DNA from: Chiloscyllium plagiosum
Taxonomy: Eukaryota
Direction: 5' to 3'
Length of the DNA stretch: 64,000 nucleotides
NCBI RefSeq assembly: GCF_004010195.1
Contig: NC_057718.1
Coordinates: forward strand, 68,079,872 to 68,143,871
The translations under genes and the position numbers were made by a program. Shown in pieces: positions 1-14,013 of this stretch. How positions within the stretch are numbered: position 1 is the first letter of the stretch; each line of letters starts with the position of its first letter. A model generated the notes under the pieces. The model made no database searches and was not told the DNA's origin. It saw only the letters and a list, made by a program, of their open reading frames with translations.

Positions 1-1431
1 GTTCTTTTTAACCTAAAAGTTCAAAGGACTATTCCATTGACATACATCTGACGTTGAACTAAAATGACACCGAATGATTAGGTCTCTGATGCTATACAGT
101 GTGTAGCTAGTTGGGAAATGTGATGTGTTGCTGCTCATTTTAGATTCTGACTTTAGAGAGTTGACAACTCTCTTTGTAAGATTGTTCCAATTCTACACGT
201 GATTAACCTATGTAGGAGAGAGTATGAATTAAGCAGACAAGTTCATTTTGGTGCTTATAGAGTGTCTTTGTGATTGACTAATAGTATTCAGCAACAGTTT
301 ATTTGGCAACATTTATAGGCCTTGCAGTGACTGATTTGTCACTGTCACAATTGTGATTAACTGATCAGAAAATATGTCGGTAGGATGGAAAGTCAGGTAA
401 AACACATGATAGAAGCAGGGTTGCTTCAAAATCTTATTTTTTAACCGTTGCAAACATTAATTCACCTGTCACAGTCATCATGCCTGCAACACAGACAGCA
501 TTTGTGTTAATGCATGCACGTTAAAGCCCCAAAAGCCAACTTCTCAACAGGTTTCCCACAGTGATCATAAATTAAGGAGATTCTCTTTTAAATAGCTTCC
601 AAAATCCACATTGAACAGGGTAATGATGAGTGGAAAGGAGTGCAATTTTCCAGTAGGGTTTCTGACCTCAGGTGAAGTACTGTTCATATTGCTTTAAATC
701 CTTAAAAACAGCAGCTGTAAAATGAAATTATGATATTAAAGTATATTCAATTTTTAGTTGTTAATTTGTATGGAATTTAAAATGTAAAAAGTATTCTTTG
801 TGAATTACTATAATCCAAGACTCATGCTAAACCTGATGTCTCCTTTTAAGTTGATAGTAAAAATTAGTTGCCATTCATACGGCACTGTGAACCTGAAGTA
901 ACTTGGCACATCTGTCTGAAATGGAAATTGGATTATAAACAGCAAATTTGAATTTGCCAGTGCATTTAAAGAAAACTAAACATATAGACCTTTTAGAAAG
1001 CTAACCTACATTGAAGAGAACTGATACACACTGTACAGAAGATCTTTAGAGAATTTTGAATTGATGCTGAATGATCAGTATAACCTGTTGGCTTGGTTAA
1101 AAACCGTGAATAGCAAATAACAGGATAAGTTATAACTCATTTAATATGCAAGTAAATTTTATGGCCAGCTAACTGATTTTATTGTTGAATCATGACCATG
1201 CATCATGCAACACCACCTGTTTTAGAGTAAGATTGAGCTTGGAGATTAAATTCTAACCTAAATGGCGTTACTTACCATAGTGGCTTTAGAGAGTTAGAAC
1301 CTTTGCTGTATGAGTGTAAAATTGATTTCATAGCTTGTTTAGACCTGAAAAACATATAATGTGCAAGAGTACCAGGAATGCTTGTACGGAAATCAATCCT
1401 GTATATTTTCTTGATCATTATAACTTCCTGA

Positions 1432-2568
1432 ACAAAAGATTTACAAGGATGTTACCAGGGTTGGAGCGTTTGAGCATGGGTAGGGTAAATAGACAAGGAC
1501 TTCTCCCCAGGGTAGGAGAGTCCAAAACGAGAGGGCATAAGATTAAGGTGAGAGGGGAAAAGTTTAAGATCAGAGGGGAAAGATATTGGAGGTGTAGAGG
1601 ACAGCGAAGAGGGTTACCTCAGATTACAATAGGATCTTGACCAGATGAGCTGAGAAGTGGCGGATGGAGTTTAATTCAGATAAATGCAAGGAGCTGCATT
1701 TTGCGAAAGCAAATCTTAGCAGGACTTGTACACTTAATGGTAAGGTCCTAGGGAGTGTTGCTGAACAAAGAGACCTTGGAGTGCACAATCATAGCTCCTT
1801 GAAAGTGGAGTCGCAGGTAGATAGGATAGTGAAGAAGGCGTTTGGTATGCTTTCCTTTATTGGTCGGAGTATTGAGTACAGGAGTTGGGCGGTCATGTTG
1901 TGGCTGTATAGGACATGACCTCCCAACTCAGTTAGGCCACTGTTGGAATAGTGCATGCAATTCTTGTCTCCTTCCTATCGGAAAGATGTTGTGAAAGTTG
2001 AAAGGGTTCAGAAAGTATTTACACGGATGTTGCCAGGGTTGGAGGATTTGAGCTATAGGGAGAGGTTGAACAGGCTGGGGCTGTTTTCCCTGGAACATCG
2101 GAGGCTGAGGGGTGACCTTATAGAGGTTTACAAAATTATGAGGGGCATGGATAGGGTAAATAGACAAAGTATTTTCCCTGGGGCCAGGGAGTCCAGAACT
2201 AGAGGGCATAGGTTTAGGGTGAGAGAGGAAAGATATAAGACACCTACAGGGCAACTTTTTCACACAGAGGGTGGTACGTGTATGCAATGAGCTGCCAGAG
2301 GAATTGCAACATTTAAGAGGCATTTGGATTGGTATATGAATAGGAAGGGTTTGGAGGGATATGGGCCGGGTGCTGGCAGGTGGGACGAGATTGGGTTGGG
2401 ATATCTGGTCGGCATGGACAGGTTGGACCGAAGGGTCTGTTTCCATGCTGTACATCTCTGACTCTATGACTCTATAAATGGGATTAGATTTATTTAGGAT
2501 ATCAGATCTGCATGGACATGTTGGACTGAAGTGTTTGTTTCTGAGCTGTACGCCTCTATGACTCTATC
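1432..2568 (+). mobile_element. CR1 LINE (HER1-like) 3' fragments with two tandem 3' tails
   Basis: RT C-terminal peptides MEFNSDKC..LHF, ERVQKVFTRMLPGL and RRLRGDLIEVYKIM. CTATGACT-type terminal repeats at ~2460-2475 and ~2556-2567. Confidence 0.9.
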
Positions 2569-4549
2569 TGTGATCCTCTTTCAAGGTCAACCAGCCCTGT
2601 ATGAATTGTCAAAATGCAGCATACATTATGGAAAATAAGCAATGTTGTTTGTCATTTGTGGTTGCTTTGTTTTATGCTCTGAACGTTGTTTCTGCAAATT
2701 TGCTGTAAAAATGGTCTTTTGTTTGGAGACACCAACTCTCATATAACAGTCTTGAGTATTATGGGGGCAGTTGGGGCACTTTGCCCTATATCACTGGAAT
2801 CGATAGAATAATACAGGTAGAATAATGCACATATTTAACAGTAATATACAGTTGTGAAATGGATAGTACATTTCCATCTTTTGAATGCAACTTAATTATC
2901 TGAGGCAGTTGATGAACTGAGTGGGATGAGAATTGAAAAAGCTTCATTTCACATCAGTTGAATACACGTAGCCACAGTTATGATCAATTACACTTGATTC
3001 TTTTTTAAGGTAGTAATGTTGAATGGTGGATATCGTATACTTCCTCACATTGTCAACTCCTCTTCACCTGACTCAAGTATCTGTGCAAAATCATTTCTGC
3101 CTAGAGTGACCTTTGTTTTCCAGGGACTGTCTTTTCTGAAGCCTTTATTGTCATAGACAGAAGGTTTCCAGTTGTTGTATGAAACACATTATTCAGTTAG
3201 ACAGACAAGGAATTTAAACTCAACATAGTAACCAGCTTTTGCCTAGGTTTGTTTGAGAAAAGTTGGTCATGAAAAATAAAGCTAATTCAAATTTTCAAAT
3301 GATGTAAATTCCTGAAGTATGGTGGATGCAATTATGTAATTATCCTTAAATGTATACATAATTACTGAGAATACATGTACATTTAAGTGATATATGTAAT
3401 TCATGAAAGAATGCAAAAGCTTAACTCTTTGCAAACAATACTGAGTTTTGTTTACAGAAATATAACACGTTCAAGTCGTTTAGACCCAGCACAAGGTTCA
3501 GATCTGCTCCTGCTAATATCAGTGACTCTTCTAATGCCTTGCATCAACTGTACCAATTACTAATTTCCTGACTATTACCATCTCCTCTTCACCATGAACA
3601 CGCACTTCCCATCCACCTCCATCCCCCACCAGGATGCTGTTAGGGCTTTCCACTACTTCTTTGATCGGAAGCTCTCCATCTGCCATCAACCTCCTTGATT
3701 GACTAAGCTTGATCTCACATTAAACAACAATAACTTAAACTCAAGTTGTTTCCTCCAATAAACTGTGTTAATATCGGTGTCTCCAGAGATTTGGGATTTT
3801 GGGATACGTAGAAAATTCCTTGTTCTAGTCCTACACAGACCGACCTCCCATTTTCACTATCATCCTCATGATTGTATTGGTGCTATTCCTGCTCTCAAAC
3901 GGAACTTGAAAACCTCATCCAGTTTGTTTCGACTTCCAATCTTGACTTCAAGTCGTAGGGGCATACAGCATGGAAACAGATCTTTGGCTCAACTCCATCA
4001 TGCTGATCAAGTTTCTGAACTGAACTAGTCCCATTTGCTTGCATTGGTCCATATCACTCGAAACCTTTCCTATCCATGTAATTGTCCATATTTGTTTTAA
4101 GTGTTGTAATTATATTTGCCTGTTCCACTTCTTCTGGCAACTCATTCCATGTAGGCACCATCCTCTGTGAGGAAAAGGTTGCCCCTCAGGTCCCTTTTAA
4201 ATCTTTCCTCCCTCACATTAAACCTATGACCTCTATCTTTGGACTCCCCTAACTGGGTGAGAGAGCTTGGCTCATTTTTTCTATGCCCCTCTATAAGGTC
4301 GCCCCTCTATAAGGTCACCCCTCAGTCGCTTAGCACTCCAGAGAAAAGAGTCTTAGCCTATCCAGCCTCTCCTTATACCTTAAACCCTTGGTAACATCCT
4401 TGTAAATCTTTTTTGCACCCTTTCCAGTTCAATAACATCCTTCCTGTTACAGGGCAACCAGAATTGTGCACAGTATTCAAAATGCGGCCTGACCAATGTC
4501 TTGTACAAATGTAACATGATATCCTGCACTCAATGCTCTGACTGATGAA

Positions 4550-4759
4550 AGTCAAAAACTGTGGCACTGGAAAAGCACAGCAGGTCAGGCAGTATCTGAG
4601 CAGCAGGAAAGTCGACGTTTCGGGCACATTCCTGATGAAGGATTTATGCCTGAAACGTCGACTCTCCTGCTGCTCAGCTGCTTCCTGATGTGCTGTGCTT
4701 TTCTAGCACCACACTTTTCGACTCTGATCTCCAGCATTTGCAGTCCTCCCTTTCTCCTT
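4550..4759. mobile_element. Short Penelope pLTR-derived fold-back insertion with hammerhead core, nested in CR1
   Basis: Inverted arms at ~4558-4626 and ~4647-4715. Flanked by near-duplicated TCTGACTGATGAA (4537-4549) and TCTGTCTGATGAA (4760-4772). Same pLTR sequence as the ends of 56431-57289. Confidence 0.8.
4628..4663 (+). ncRNA. Minimal hammerhead ribozyme motif (core intact, weakened stem II)
   Basis: CUGAUGA (4632-4638), AGG-AUUUAUG-CCU, GAAAC (4652-4656), GUC (4657-4659). Confidence 0.55.
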
Positions 4760-7700
4760 TCTGTCTGATGAAGGCAAACGTGCCAAACACTGCCTTCATT
4801 ACCCTGTATACCCATGACATGACATTCAAAGAATTATGTACCTGCACCCCTAGGTTTCTCTGTTCAACAACACTCTAGGGCCTTACCATTTAACTGTGTA
4901 AGTCATGCTTTGGTTTGTCTTACTGAAATGCAATGCCTCGTATTTATCTAAATTAAACTCCATCTCCCATTCCTTAGCCCATGAAGCCCCATTGATCACG
5001 ATCTCATTGTACTTTTAGATAACATTCTTCACTGTCCACTATACCCCAAATTTTGGTATTATCTGCCAACTTGCTAACCATGCCTCTTATATTCTCATCC
5101 AAATCATTTATTTAAATCACAAACAATAGTGATCCCAGCACTGATCCTGGCAGCACACCGGTGGTTACAGGTCTCCAGTCTGATCAACAGCCCTCTACCA
5201 CCACCCTCTGTCTTCTACCGTCAATCCAATTTTGTATTCAATTGGCTAGCTCTTCCTGTGATTCCATGTGATCTAACCTTGCTAGCCAGTCTACTATGTG
5301 GAACCTTCTTGAACACCTTGCTGACATCCACATAGACATCATTTACTTGTCTGCCTTCATCTATCTTCTTGGTCACTTCTTCCATAAAATTTCAATTGAG
5401 TTTTGTGAGATACAGTTTCCCATGCACAAAGTCATATTGACTATCCCTAACCAGTCCTTGCCTTTCCAAATGAATGTAGATCCTGTCTCTCAGAATCCCC
5501 TTCAACAACTTAACCACCACTTAACATCATGCTCGTTGGTCTCTAATTCCTTGGCTTTCCTTGCAGCTTTTTGAAATAATGGCACAACTTTAGTCATCTT
5601 TCAGTCTTCCAGCACCTCACCTGTGACTGTCGATGATACAGTTATCTCTGTTAAGGGCCCTGCAACTTTTTCCCTAGTTTTCCACAAAGTCCTGGGGTAC
5701 ACTTGATCCGGTTCCAGAGATTTATCTCCCCTTATGTGGTTTAAGATCTCCAACGCTACCTCTTCTATAATGTGGATTCTTTTCAAGACCTTACTATTTA
5801 TTTCCCCGAGTTCCCTAGTTTCCATATCTTTTTCCACAGTAAATACTGACACAAAATACTCAGTCAGGATCTCACCCATCTCCTGTGGTTCCACGTACAT
5901 TTGGCCTCATTACTCTTTAAGGGGCTCTATTCTCTTCCTAGGTAATTTGTTGCCCTTAGTATATTATGGAATCTCTTTGGATTCTCCTTAACCTTATCTT
6001 CACATGTTCCATCTCCAATTTTTGCCCTCTTTTCCTTGCTATCTCTGTCCTATTGGTGGGTATTGACTGGCAAATATTAATTATATGCCCACTAGTTCGC
6101 ACAGTTAACTTGACTGTCATGTCCTCTCAACTTGTTTCCTAGAAGTACTGCATTTCAATTCTCCTACTTTCTAACATCTGCTTTCTTTTTTGATGATGTA
6201 ACCTTCCATATAAGCCCTTCCAAAACAGGGAGGAACCAACCTCCCATGTTTGACACAATACTCTACTCCAGTTCATAACAAATACTGTGTCTCAATTGAT
6301 TATTCAACTCAGCTCATCATGGTTATTTAAGAGATATTTTTCCCCAATCCAGTGCATGTCCTTTAGCATTTTAGGATTAACCTGCATCTGTATGTAACTT
6401 TAAAAATACTGTTTGTAAAAGCTGTATCTTTGGTTATTTTAGAAGTTTAGTGATAAACAATGGAAAGGAATATTGTTATGTTATCAAATACTTTCATGTT
6501 ATTCACGTGGAACAGCATTAATGTATGTGTTCCCAACACTAATATTTCCTTTCTTTGTTTCCTTATCCTCCTTTATTTGTTCCAGGGGATGTTGGCATTG
6601 CGTTAGGCCAAGATGTATTATCCGTCCCTAAATACCTTGAAGAAGATAATGATGACGAGCTGCACTCTTAAACTTCTGCCGTCCTTGGGGTGCAGGGACT
6701 CCCGAAATGCTCTTGGGAAGGGAGTTCCACGATTTTGCTAGTTGGGATATCATAAAGGAATGGCAATATAGTTCCGGTTCGGGCTGGTGTGTGAGTTAGA
6801 GGGGAATCCTTTTGTATATTCCAATTAAAAAAAAATTAGCTTCATCAAGATATGGCAAATTTTATAACCAAATAAAATTTTGACAATTGTACAATGAATT
6901 AGATTGAAGGAAGTAGTTAATTGTGCCTGTACAGGTTATTTGCTGTTTCACTTTCACTTTCCTTTACCAATACATCCAAATTCCTTCTGTATGTCATTAT
7001 TGAATCTACTTCCATTCCCCTTAAGGCAATGCGTTCTTGATCTCGCAACTCAATGTGTGAAAATAAAAAATTGTCATTTCATTTCTACCACTTTCTCGAT
7101 CGTTCTAAATCTATCACTTCTAATTATTGTACTGTCTTCCAGTGGAACCATTTTCTTTTTTTTAATCTTATCAAATCCCTTATGCTTTTCAACATCTCTA
7201 TTATATGGAAATATTGTTGAAAGAGGTCAATCTATAACAGGCTTCCTTGAAAGATGATTGTATTGCTTAATTTAATTGCAAATTATATGAATATCTTCGA
7301 GAAAGTAGTATTTGAGACACCAATATATGTGTAATTTGAGACAATTGGCAAATGTAGCATGCTTGAGAGAAATGGATGAAATTGGGCTTATGGCTCCCAA
7401 GGTTTTGTGTTCCGAGTTTATATCTTATCTTTTTATGCACATTTTATTGTTCACGGGATGTAGATGTTGGTCTTTGAAAAGGTGGTGATGAGCAGTGTTC
7501 TTGAACTGCTGCAGCCCCTGTGGGGTACTCCATTGATGCTATTTGGTCTTACACTTTTCTGAACCAGATTGATACAACTGAAAGCTTGCTGTTTCAGAGT
7601 GTACTTTAGTTAATAGCCAACCACATTGCTCACTATTTGGAGTCATATAAAAGTTAAATCACATGAGGATGTCAGATTTCCTTCTCCAAGGGATGTTGGT

Positions 7701-8346
7701 AATTCAGTGATTTGTTTTTATATGACCATTAGTAGTTTTTCTGGTCACTATCATTGGTGCTTCATTCCAGATATATTTAATTAGCTAAATTTAAACTCCT
7801 TGGCTGCCGTGGTGAGTCTTGAACTCGTTTCCTAATTGTAGTTGGGATTACTAATTGGAGACAAGGAGTGGGAAATACGTGTCGACACCCACAACTGAAT
7901 AAAAACATCAGTGACATGATCACTGTTCCCTTTGAATTAATATGATTGTCATGATATATTAGCAACTCCCATTAATATTGTATCAAGCAGTTAATGGTGA
8001 ACCAGCCCTGTGGTCTGTCTTTTGTTTATAAATGCTCCTGTGGGTAAGGTATAAGGGTAATATGGATTCACTTGTTTACAACTCAACTAACCACAAAATG
8101 GTTCAACTCTGCAATGTTATGTCTTTCTCTCCAATTGTTGGTCGTTATTCATGATTTGTGTAGTGAATCCCTCACAGGCTATTCATCATTGAATGGAATC
8201 GTATCTGAACTTAGACCTGTTCCTGCCCAAATATTCCTTCATCTCCCCATTTGTGCTCAAATGTGTACATTTTTTAAGAGCAGTCACTGGATCAGAAGAG
8301 GAAGCTGCTACCCAAGCTGATTTCTTACCTTCCTAAATCAGGCATT

Positions 8347-9615
8347 TATAGAATCATAGAGATGTACAGCATGGAAGCTGACCCTTCGGTCCAACCCGTC
8401 CATGCCGACCAGATATCCCAATCCAATCTAGTCCCACCTACCAGCACCCGGTCCATATCCCTCCAAGCCCTTCCTAATCATATACACATCCAAATGCTTC
8501 TTAAATGTTGCAATTGTACCAGCCTCCACCACTTCCTCTGACAGCTCATTCCATACAAGTACCACCCTCTGTGTGAAAAAGTTGCCCTGTAGTTCTCTTT
8601 TATATCTTTCCCCTCTCACCCTAAACCCATGCCCTCTAGTTCTGGACTCCCTGACCCCAGGGAAAAGACTTTGCCTATTTACCATATCCATGCCCCTCAT
8701 AATTTTGTAAACCTCTATAAGGTCACCCCTCAGCCTCCGACATTCCAGGGAAAACAGCCCCAGTCTGTTCAACCTCTCCCTATAGCTCAAATCCTCCAAC
8801 CCTGGCAACATCCTTGTAAATCTTTTCTGAACCCTTTCAAGTTTCACAACATCTTTCTGANNNNNNNNNNNNNNNNNNNNNNNNNNNNNNNNNNNNNNNN
8901 NNNNNNNNNNNNNNNNNNNNNNNNNNNNNNNNNNNNNNNNNNNNNNNNNNNNNNNNNNNNNNNNNNNNNNNNNNNNNNNNNNNNNNNNNNNNNNNNNNNN
9001 NNNNNNNNNNNNNNNNNNNNNNNNNNNNNNNNNNNNNNNNNNNNNNNNNNNNNNNNNNNNNNNNNNNNNNNNNNNNNNNNNNNNNNNNNNNNNNNNNNNN
9101 NNNNNNNNNNNNNNNNNNNNNNNNNNNNNNNNNNNNNNNNNNNNNNNNNNNNNNNNNNNNNNNNNNNNNNNNNNNNNNNNNNNNNNNNNNNNNNNNNNNN
9201 NNNNNNNNNNNNNNNNNNNNNNNNNNNNNNNNNNNNNNNNNNNNNNNNNNNNNNNNNNNNNNNNNNNNNNNNNNNNNNNNNNNNNNNNNNNNNNNNNNNN
9301 NNNNNNNNNNNNNNNNNNNNNNNNNNNNNNNNNNNNNNNNNNNNNNNNNNNNNNNNNNNNNNNNNNNNNNNNNNNNNNNNNNNNNNNNNNNNNNNNNNNN
9401 NNNNNNNNNNNNNNNNNNNNNNNNNNNNNNNNNNNNNNNNNNNNNNNNNNNNNAACAGTGGCACCACGTTAGCCAACCTCCAGTCTTCCGGCACCTCACC
9501 TGTGACTATCAATGATACAAATATCTCAGCAGGAGGCCCAGCAATCACTTCTCTGGCTTCCCACAGAGTTCTAGGGTACACCTGATCAGGTCCTGGGATT
9601 TATCCACTTTTACCA
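8347..9615 (-). mobile_element. Young CR1 LINE spanning an assembly gap
   Basis: Intact ORF 8428-8847 ending in GYGPGAGRWD*, upstream piece YPRTLWEAREVIAGP...EDWRLANVVPL, and a CATAGA tail at ~8347-8360. Confidence 0.92.
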
Positions 9616-9899
9616 AAGATCATTCCAGGAGCGCTCTGGTATGTGATCTAATAATAAATGAACAGTGCCAATTGGATCATTTATTGGATATCTTTAATGC
9701 TGCAGTACAGAAAAAGAGATTTTAGAGGCATAAGAGTTGGTGCAGCACAGGTATGTTATAAGAGTATCAGTGTGATTTGAGATAAGGGTTTTATCCAATC
9801 TGAAAATAAGAGTCACTGCTCTTGTACAAATAAAAATATCAATAATTGGATTGAGCCTTAGGCAAAAATGAAGTCCTTAATTAGAAGCTACCAAGAAGT

Positions 9900-10148
9900 A
9901 TTGATTTGAAGATGCCAGTATTGGACTGGGGTGTACAAAGTTAAAAAATCACACAACACCAGGTTATAGTCCAAAAGGTTTAATTAGAAGCTCTAGCTTT
10001 CAGAGTGCCACTCCTCCATCAGGTGGTTGTGGAGTACACAATTGCAAGACACAGAATTTATAGCAAAAGTTTACAGTGTGATGTAACTGAAATTATACAT
10101 TGAAAAATACCTTGATTGTTTGTTGAGTCTTTCATCTGTTCGAATACT
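9900..10148 (-). mobile_element. Penelope-type terminal repeat (second family) with degenerate hammerhead
   Basis: Minus strand reads CACCTGATGGAGGAGTGGCACTCTGAAAGCTAG (~10026 to 9994), i.e. a CUGAUGA-like core, a stem II and GAAA. Confidence 0.55.
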
Positions 10149-10622
10149 AGGCTAGTGGCATTTTGATTGTCAAATGTGCATCAAGAATACTTTTATATAT
10201 GAAATAACAGATAGTCATGTGTATAAACAATATTAAGTCAGCCTTCCCAGGGACATAAATGAACATTGGCTCCGAGTTGGTCAAAACCATCCAGTTTACA
10301 GTGGTTCTGATAATTGTGTGTCAGTCAGCCTAAAAGCTGCCACTAGAATTATGAGTGATGTATAAAGCAGGCTTAAATGCTGTACTATTGATGTGCTTGC
10401 TGTTGCTTAACACACTTGACCTTTTATCTTTCTCCTCACTCTTCGGCGTTCCACACTTTGTTTTCAATTGAGTGTTTTCTCCAATAGTGGAGTCCTCCCC
10501 ATGTTAACTGATCATGGAGCATGCTCACGCTGTCAAGTACATACCTTTGTCATTTGTTTTATGTTTTTAGTAAGTCTGTGTCAGGTTTACATAAACCCAC
10601 TATTTACGCTGTCCCTTTTTAG

Positions 10623-10768
10623 GCAAACTGGATACACTGGAATGAACCAAAGTAGCATGATGGGCTCTAGCTCTCCCTACAGCCAATCTGTGAATAACAG
10701 CTCGATAATGACAAACCCTCAGACTACTTCATACAACATGGCATCCAGCATGGTGAACAACTCTTCAG
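10623..10768 (+). CDS. ARID1B: ARID1B internal coding exon A (146 bp, phase 2 to 1)
   Basis: Acceptor gtccctttttAG|G and donor CAG|GTAACA. Encodes (R)QTGYTGMNQSSMMGSSSPYSQSVNNSSIMTNPQTTSYNMASSMVNNSS, which matches recalled human ARID1B [48 protein letters not shown]. Confidence 0.92.
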
Positions 10769-10863
10769 GTAACATGCACTTAAAATTAGATAATTGTATT
10801 TTAAAAATGAGTATCTGTTTTCTCTTTTCAGAACATGACAATTTTTATATGGTAAACATTTAA

Positions 10864-11168
10864 GGCAGTATGGTGGCACAGTGGTAGGCACTGCTGTTTC
10901 TCAGCACCAGAAATCTGAGTTTGATTCCAGGCTTGGATTACTGTCTGTGTGGAGTTGCACATTCTCCCTGTGTCTGCATGGTTTTCTGTTGGATACCCAG
11001 TTTCCTCCCAGAATCCAAAGGTGTGCAGGCTAAGTGGATTAGCCATGGTAAATGTGGGGTCATGGGAATGGGGTTGGGGACTCGGTTTGGGTGGAATGTT
11101 ATTCGGAGGGTTGGTGCATGCATGATTGGTCGAATAGCCACTTTCCGCACTGTAGAGATTCTATCATT
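10864..11168 (+). mobile_element. HE1-type tRNA-derived SINE
   Basis: A-box TGGCACAGTGG, B-box-like GAGTTTGATTCC, V-SINE-like core TGTCTGTGTGGAGTTGCACATTCTCCC and a CR1-like tail. Confidence 0.85.
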
Positions 11169-11814
11169 TAAACGATTTTTCTATAATCCCAACAGTTTTC
11201 TATTTTTTTTAGTAAGTAGGAAATCAGTTATGTTCACAGAAGTTCTATTGCAAAGTTACAGACACAAAATCTAATCTCATGTAGAGAGACCCTTCCGGTT
11301 AGCAAATATTTTTGTATTTTCAAATTTAATTTTACTGACCTAATGATATGAGATATTGTCTCCTTTTACTGCACATTTAATCCTTTTCATTTCTCTTTAA
11401 AAGGCATTAATTATTTGCTTTGATTATAGCTTTGGTATGTTTTCTAACCTGACACTTATTTCAAAGGCCACCTTTCTTTTGCAAGTAAGGAATGTTGATT
11501 CTCTATTTACCCCAGCTAAATCCAAAAGTCTTTTTATGCAATATTGGTACATGCACCAATCATCCTTACTGAGGTGTGATCAGGAGCAGGAAGTTTGAAT
11601 AACATTTTTTTTTCTCCCCTATCCCTATCCAAGGGATTTAAGAGGCCATTTGCGATGACTCAACGAGTACACTGACTGAAATCAATTAAGCTGACGCACA
11701 ACAGAATTTGGAGCCGGCACATTACCAATCTGTAGAGTTCAGTTTAGTAGCGGAGTAGGAATTGGTTGGAATTAATTCCTTTCTTTCACTCTCTTTCTTC
11801 ATTACCATCAACTG

Positions 11815-11985
11815 TCTTTCCTAACCATGCAATCTTTTATATCCACCTGAGAGGTCAGACAGCACATCACCTTAACATCTCATCTGAAAGACAGTGTGTC
11901 TGACCTCTTCAGTATTACCCTGCAATGTCAGTCTAAATGTTTGTGCTCAAGCCTTTAAACTTAACCCAAAACATTCTGACTGACA
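11815..11985 (-). mobile_element. Deu-domain SINE remnant (SacSINE1/AmnSINE1-like)
   Basis: Minus strand TGTCTTTCAGATGAGATGTTAAGG...TCTGACCTCTCAGGTGGATATAAAAGATTGCATGG resembles the recalled Deu core GTCTTTCGGATGAGACGTTAAACC...CTCTCAGGTGGACGTAAAAGATCCCATGG. Confidence 0.6.
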
Positions 11986-12174
11986 TTAGTTTAAAATAAA
12001 CAGGACATGGTGTACTTTTGTCCCTTTTGTAAATGTCAAAATACCCAGAAACCTTGTAAAAGTATTCTTTGCTTTAAATATTCAAGAGAAAAAACTAAAT
12101 GAAAGGCTAACTTTCCATGCAATTTACCAATAGTAAGACTGGGCAAGCAGATAAAGTGAGAGATTGCAAAATAT

Positions 12175-12510
12175 GGGAGGCGGTGGTCTAGTGGTATTAT
12201 CACTAGACTGCCAATCCAGAGGCGTAGATAATGTCTAGGGGACCCTGGTTTGAATCTCATTACAGCAGATGGTGGAATCTGAATGGAATAAAAATCTGGA
12301 ATTAAGAGTCTAATGATGGCCATGAGTCCATTGTTGATTTTTAGAAAACCCATCTGGTTCTTTTTAATGTCCTTACCTGGTCTGGCCTACATGTGACTCC
12401 AGACCCACAGCAATGTGGCTGATTGTTAAACTGCCATCTGGGCAATTAGGGATGGGTAATAAAATGCTGGCCTAGCCAGCGATGGCCTTATCCCATGAAT
12501 GAATTTTTAA
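12175..12510 (+). mobile_element. tRNA-derived SINE, family B (tail shared with the LINE at 15340-17516)
   Basis: A-box TGGTCTAGTGG, B-box GGTTTGAATCT and 3' tail AATAAAATGCTGGCCTAGCCAGCGATG...CCCATGAATGAAT. Confidence 0.8.
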
Positions 12511-13167
12511 AATGTGGTTTAAAAAAAAGTTACAGATGCTGTTTCTAAATGACCACATCATTTAATACAAAATGCATAAATTGTTAACACATACATTTTT
12601 ATTTTATATATTTATGACCTGATCACCATTATAGAAACATGACGACAAGGTAATAAAGGCTGAAGTCTTCACATTAAAGGGCATTTGACATTTTGAAAAG
12701 GTAGAAAGCTAGGAAATGTTTGTGGGGTTGCTTTGTTGATTAAGGATGCCTTTACTATTGAGACAACAATGAAATTTGACTTGTAAAAGCAAGAAAAAAG
12801 ATTCATTTTGGTAGATATAAGTTGTGGTCACTTGTCTGAATAGTTTAAATTGCTTTAATCGATTAATTAGATGAATTAAATGGGAAATGAAACTCAGAAA
12901 AGAGTATATTCAGAACTTTTTCTTAGAGCAGTTATGTTTTCATGGTAACCAGACAGAAGGCTATTCTGGATCTAGTAGTGCGCAGTGAGATAGGATTATT
13001 CTATAATCTTAAAGTAATGGAGCTGCTAGGTGTCAGTTATAGAGGCATAGAGTAATCAACATGGAAACAGACCCTTTGGTCCATGTCAGACATGTTCCCA
13101 AACTAAACCAGGCCCACCTGTCTGCATTTGGCCCATATCCCTCAAAACCTTTCCTATTAATGGACTT

Positions 13168-14013
13168 AAGAGAAAGTGAGGACTCCAGCACATCTCCATT
13201 TCTCCATTTCCTGCACCTCCGCCTTTGAACCCAACCCCTTCACTCGCAGCAAGGACAAAACCACCACCACCACCACCACCTCCCCCTCCCACCCCCCGGC
13301 CTGGTTCTCACCTTCCACCTCACCAACCTCCAGATACATTGCATCATCCTCTGCCATTTCTGCCATCTCCAAACAAACCCCACCACTAGGGATATATTTC
13401 CCTCCCCACCCTTATCTGCGTTCCAGAGAAAACCATCCCCTGCGTGACTCACTTGTTAGGTCTTTGCCCACCCTTCACTCCTGGCATTGTCCCCTGCCAT
13501 CACAAGACATGCAAAACCTGCACCAAAGGAGCCTTCCACATCCGACAGAGATTTACCTGTACTTCCACACGCATCATTTACTGTGTCATTTGCTCCCGAT
13601 GAGGTCCACTCTACATTGGGAAGACAGGACGCCAACTTGTGAAATGTCTCAGAGAACATCTCTGGGGCACACTCACTAAACAACCTGTGGCCGAACACTT
13701 TAACTCCCCCTCCCAATCCACCAAGGACATGCAAGTTCTGGGCCTCCTGCACGTCAAACTCTAACCACCCACGCCTGGAGGAAAAACGCCTCATCTTCTG
13801 TCTTGGGACCCTCCAACCACACGGAATCCATGTGGACTTCATCAGTTTCCTTCGCATTCCTAGCTACCTTCTTCCCCCCCCTCCCCATTTATCTCTCAGC
13901 CTCTTTGGGCCACAAGCCTAATTCCTGATGAAGGGCTTATACTTGAAATATCGATTCTCCTGATCCTCGGGTGCTGCCTGACTGGCTGTGCGTCTCCAGC
14001 ACCCCACACTTCC
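13168..14013 (+). mobile_element. Penelope-like element (Neptune-type GIY-YIG endonuclease region plus pLTR)
   Basis: Decayed FTCTSTRIIYCVICSR*GPLYIGKTGRQL motif (~13551-13640). The pLTR has a decayed hammerhead CTGATGAAGGGCTTATACTTGAAATATC at 13925. Confidence 0.85.

Larger units (their letters stand above)
3950..6005 (-). mobile_element. CR1 LINE, RT region to 3' end
   Basis: Minus-strand ORF 5601-5900 (EILTEYFVSVFT...DQVYPRTLW..REKVAGPL) and a CR1 3' tail near 3950-4050. Confidence 0.88.
3540..6260 (+). mobile_element. Old Penelope-like RT remnant, split by a CR1 insertion (pieces ~3540-3945 and ~6005-6260)
   Basis: Decayed peptide TSIPHQDAVRAFHYFFDR, an LTLNN motif and a YIDDCIGA-like motif (~3857-3885). 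A PTDSHSYLD-like motif (~6088-6120) resumes after the CR1. Confidence 0.55.

Noticed and set aside
8629..9585. Long ORFs of 220-318 aa
   Set aside because: Artefacts of translating through the N gap; the real residues are CR1.
10468..10863. 131-aa stand-alone ORF
   Set aside because: Only 10623-10768 is exon; the rest is intron read-through. The same applies to ORFs 36586-36780, 37247-37501 and 41980-42285.
10864..10935. tRNA genes at SINE heads (also 12175, 27595, 54585)
   Set aside because: A and B boxes are present, but each continues into a SINE body and no cloverleaf with an acceptor stem is evident.
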